The translations under genes and the position numbers were made by a program. Shown here in pieces: positions 62,715-64,000 of a DNA stretch of 64,000 bases. The stretch is from assembly GCA_030390025.1 (NCBI GenBank), contig CM059432.1, forward strand, positions 56,980,001 through 57,044,000. Reading direction: 5' to 3'. Source of the DNA: Squalus acanthias. Taxonomy: Eukaryota. The number at the start of each line of letters is the position of its first letter. Position 1 is the stretch's first letter. The notes under the pieces were generated by a model. It was not told where the DNA came from. It ran no database searches and was given only the letters and a program-made list of their open reading frames with translations.

Positions 62715-64000
62715 ATTATAAAGGAGCTATTAGAGTCCTCTCCTGTGGTGGTGTCATTGCTTTGGCACTGTGAATGGTTAATGTAGAGTAATTGATGGGA
62801 GTCCTCCTTTGTACAATTTTTTTAGATATTGTAGTATCATCTCATTTTTAACCACCAATGAAAATTGTTTATCATTTATTAAGATGTCTTTATGCGTGCA
62901 GTATTTAACTTCTCTTTTGTAACAGTGTCCAAATGTTTGTATGGTTTCATATGTTGGTAAGCTGACTAAGGCAGTAAATGATTACCTACATTTTAAATAA
63001 AAACAAGCAATGCATCACTGGAGTTGACTGGTATACTGGACAGTTGCTGCTGTATGCCTGATAAAGTGTCCATTTCTACATTGTGCCTGTCATACTCGGC
63101 TTTCATTATTTACATCGTGATGCTAGTAGTTGTGTATGGTTTAATCAGGCACAGGATAGAATAGCTAAGTATGGCAATATCTTAATCAAATAATAACATT
63201 ATGAAATGAAAAATACAAAGGAGTTGAGGTGAAAGTAGGGAGGAGCAATTATTTCTTCAGTTGATTAACCATAACATTTTGATCAAGCACAGCTACAGTT
63301 GATTTCTCAATTAAAATTCAGTTTCAACTCTGTAAATGAAAATAACTCCTATCCAATGACTTTTATTTGTTTTAGTTTTGCATTATTAAGCAGTCACAGA
63401 AATTTGAATTTGTTTTATCCTCTGACGTCTATATCCATTCCTTTCCCAGTTTTGTTGGGACTGATCACAAGCTTATAATAGTTAATCAAAATCTAGAACA
63501 ATGAATTAGTACCCAATTCATTAAAGATTGCACAGCTTATTTTAGGGATGATTTCTAAAATATATTCATGAGACATACTTTTAGGCAGTATTTTATGGTG
63601 TGGTACATTGATATGTCTCTGTTTTCCTGTTTTCAACGTGCCTCTTTTTCATAAACCTCTGAGCAGTTGTGCTGACACAATTTGTGATAGAAATGCTACA
63701 TTTAATTGTTCTAGAATATATCTACCTTTGTGTAAAAAAACATGGTGTGCTCCTATAACTTTCCTGTGTTCTCCCTCCACAAATATTATGTGATGTTTAA
63801 ACTTGTTCTCTCTTTATTCGTCTCCCCCAAAGGACCGTTTCAGATTAAGAGTTAAATTAATTATTAATTATTTTATGTGCCAACATTTTATGGCTATATT
63901 TAGAAAGTTTCCACAATAGACCCAAGACCTTATGTTTCCAAACTATCGTCAAACATTAACAGGCATATTTGAATTTCCAGTTCATTCCAGTTCATTTACT

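Overview
Eukaryotic, repeat-dense window with no host protein-coding exon I can support. The repeat set points by inference to a cartilaginous fish, probably a shark: CR1 LINEs with an SGNH-esterase ORF1, Deu-domain tRNA-SINEs, Neptune-type Penelope elements, Harbinger derivatives and MITEs with GGSC ends. Main contents: two near-full-length decayed CR1 LINEs and many 3' fragments; a second CR1-group LINE family (RSg-1-like); L2 and RTE fragments; two Penelope-like copies; three minimal type I hammerhead ribozymes from two families; a TIR/TSD-complete non-autonomous Harbinger element carrying a three-exon Myb/SANT gene; several MITEs with 3-bp TSDs; and two related solo LTRs with 4-bp flanking repeats. 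Elements are frequently nested or chained. I see no wholly new biological system. The best leads are the hammerheads, the reconstructable Myb/SANT + AT-hook gene, a same-strand chain of four retroelement families plus an unassigned block, and the SINE-headed LINE. Family names come from motif recognition and recall, not database searches. Boundaries of old elements are approximate.
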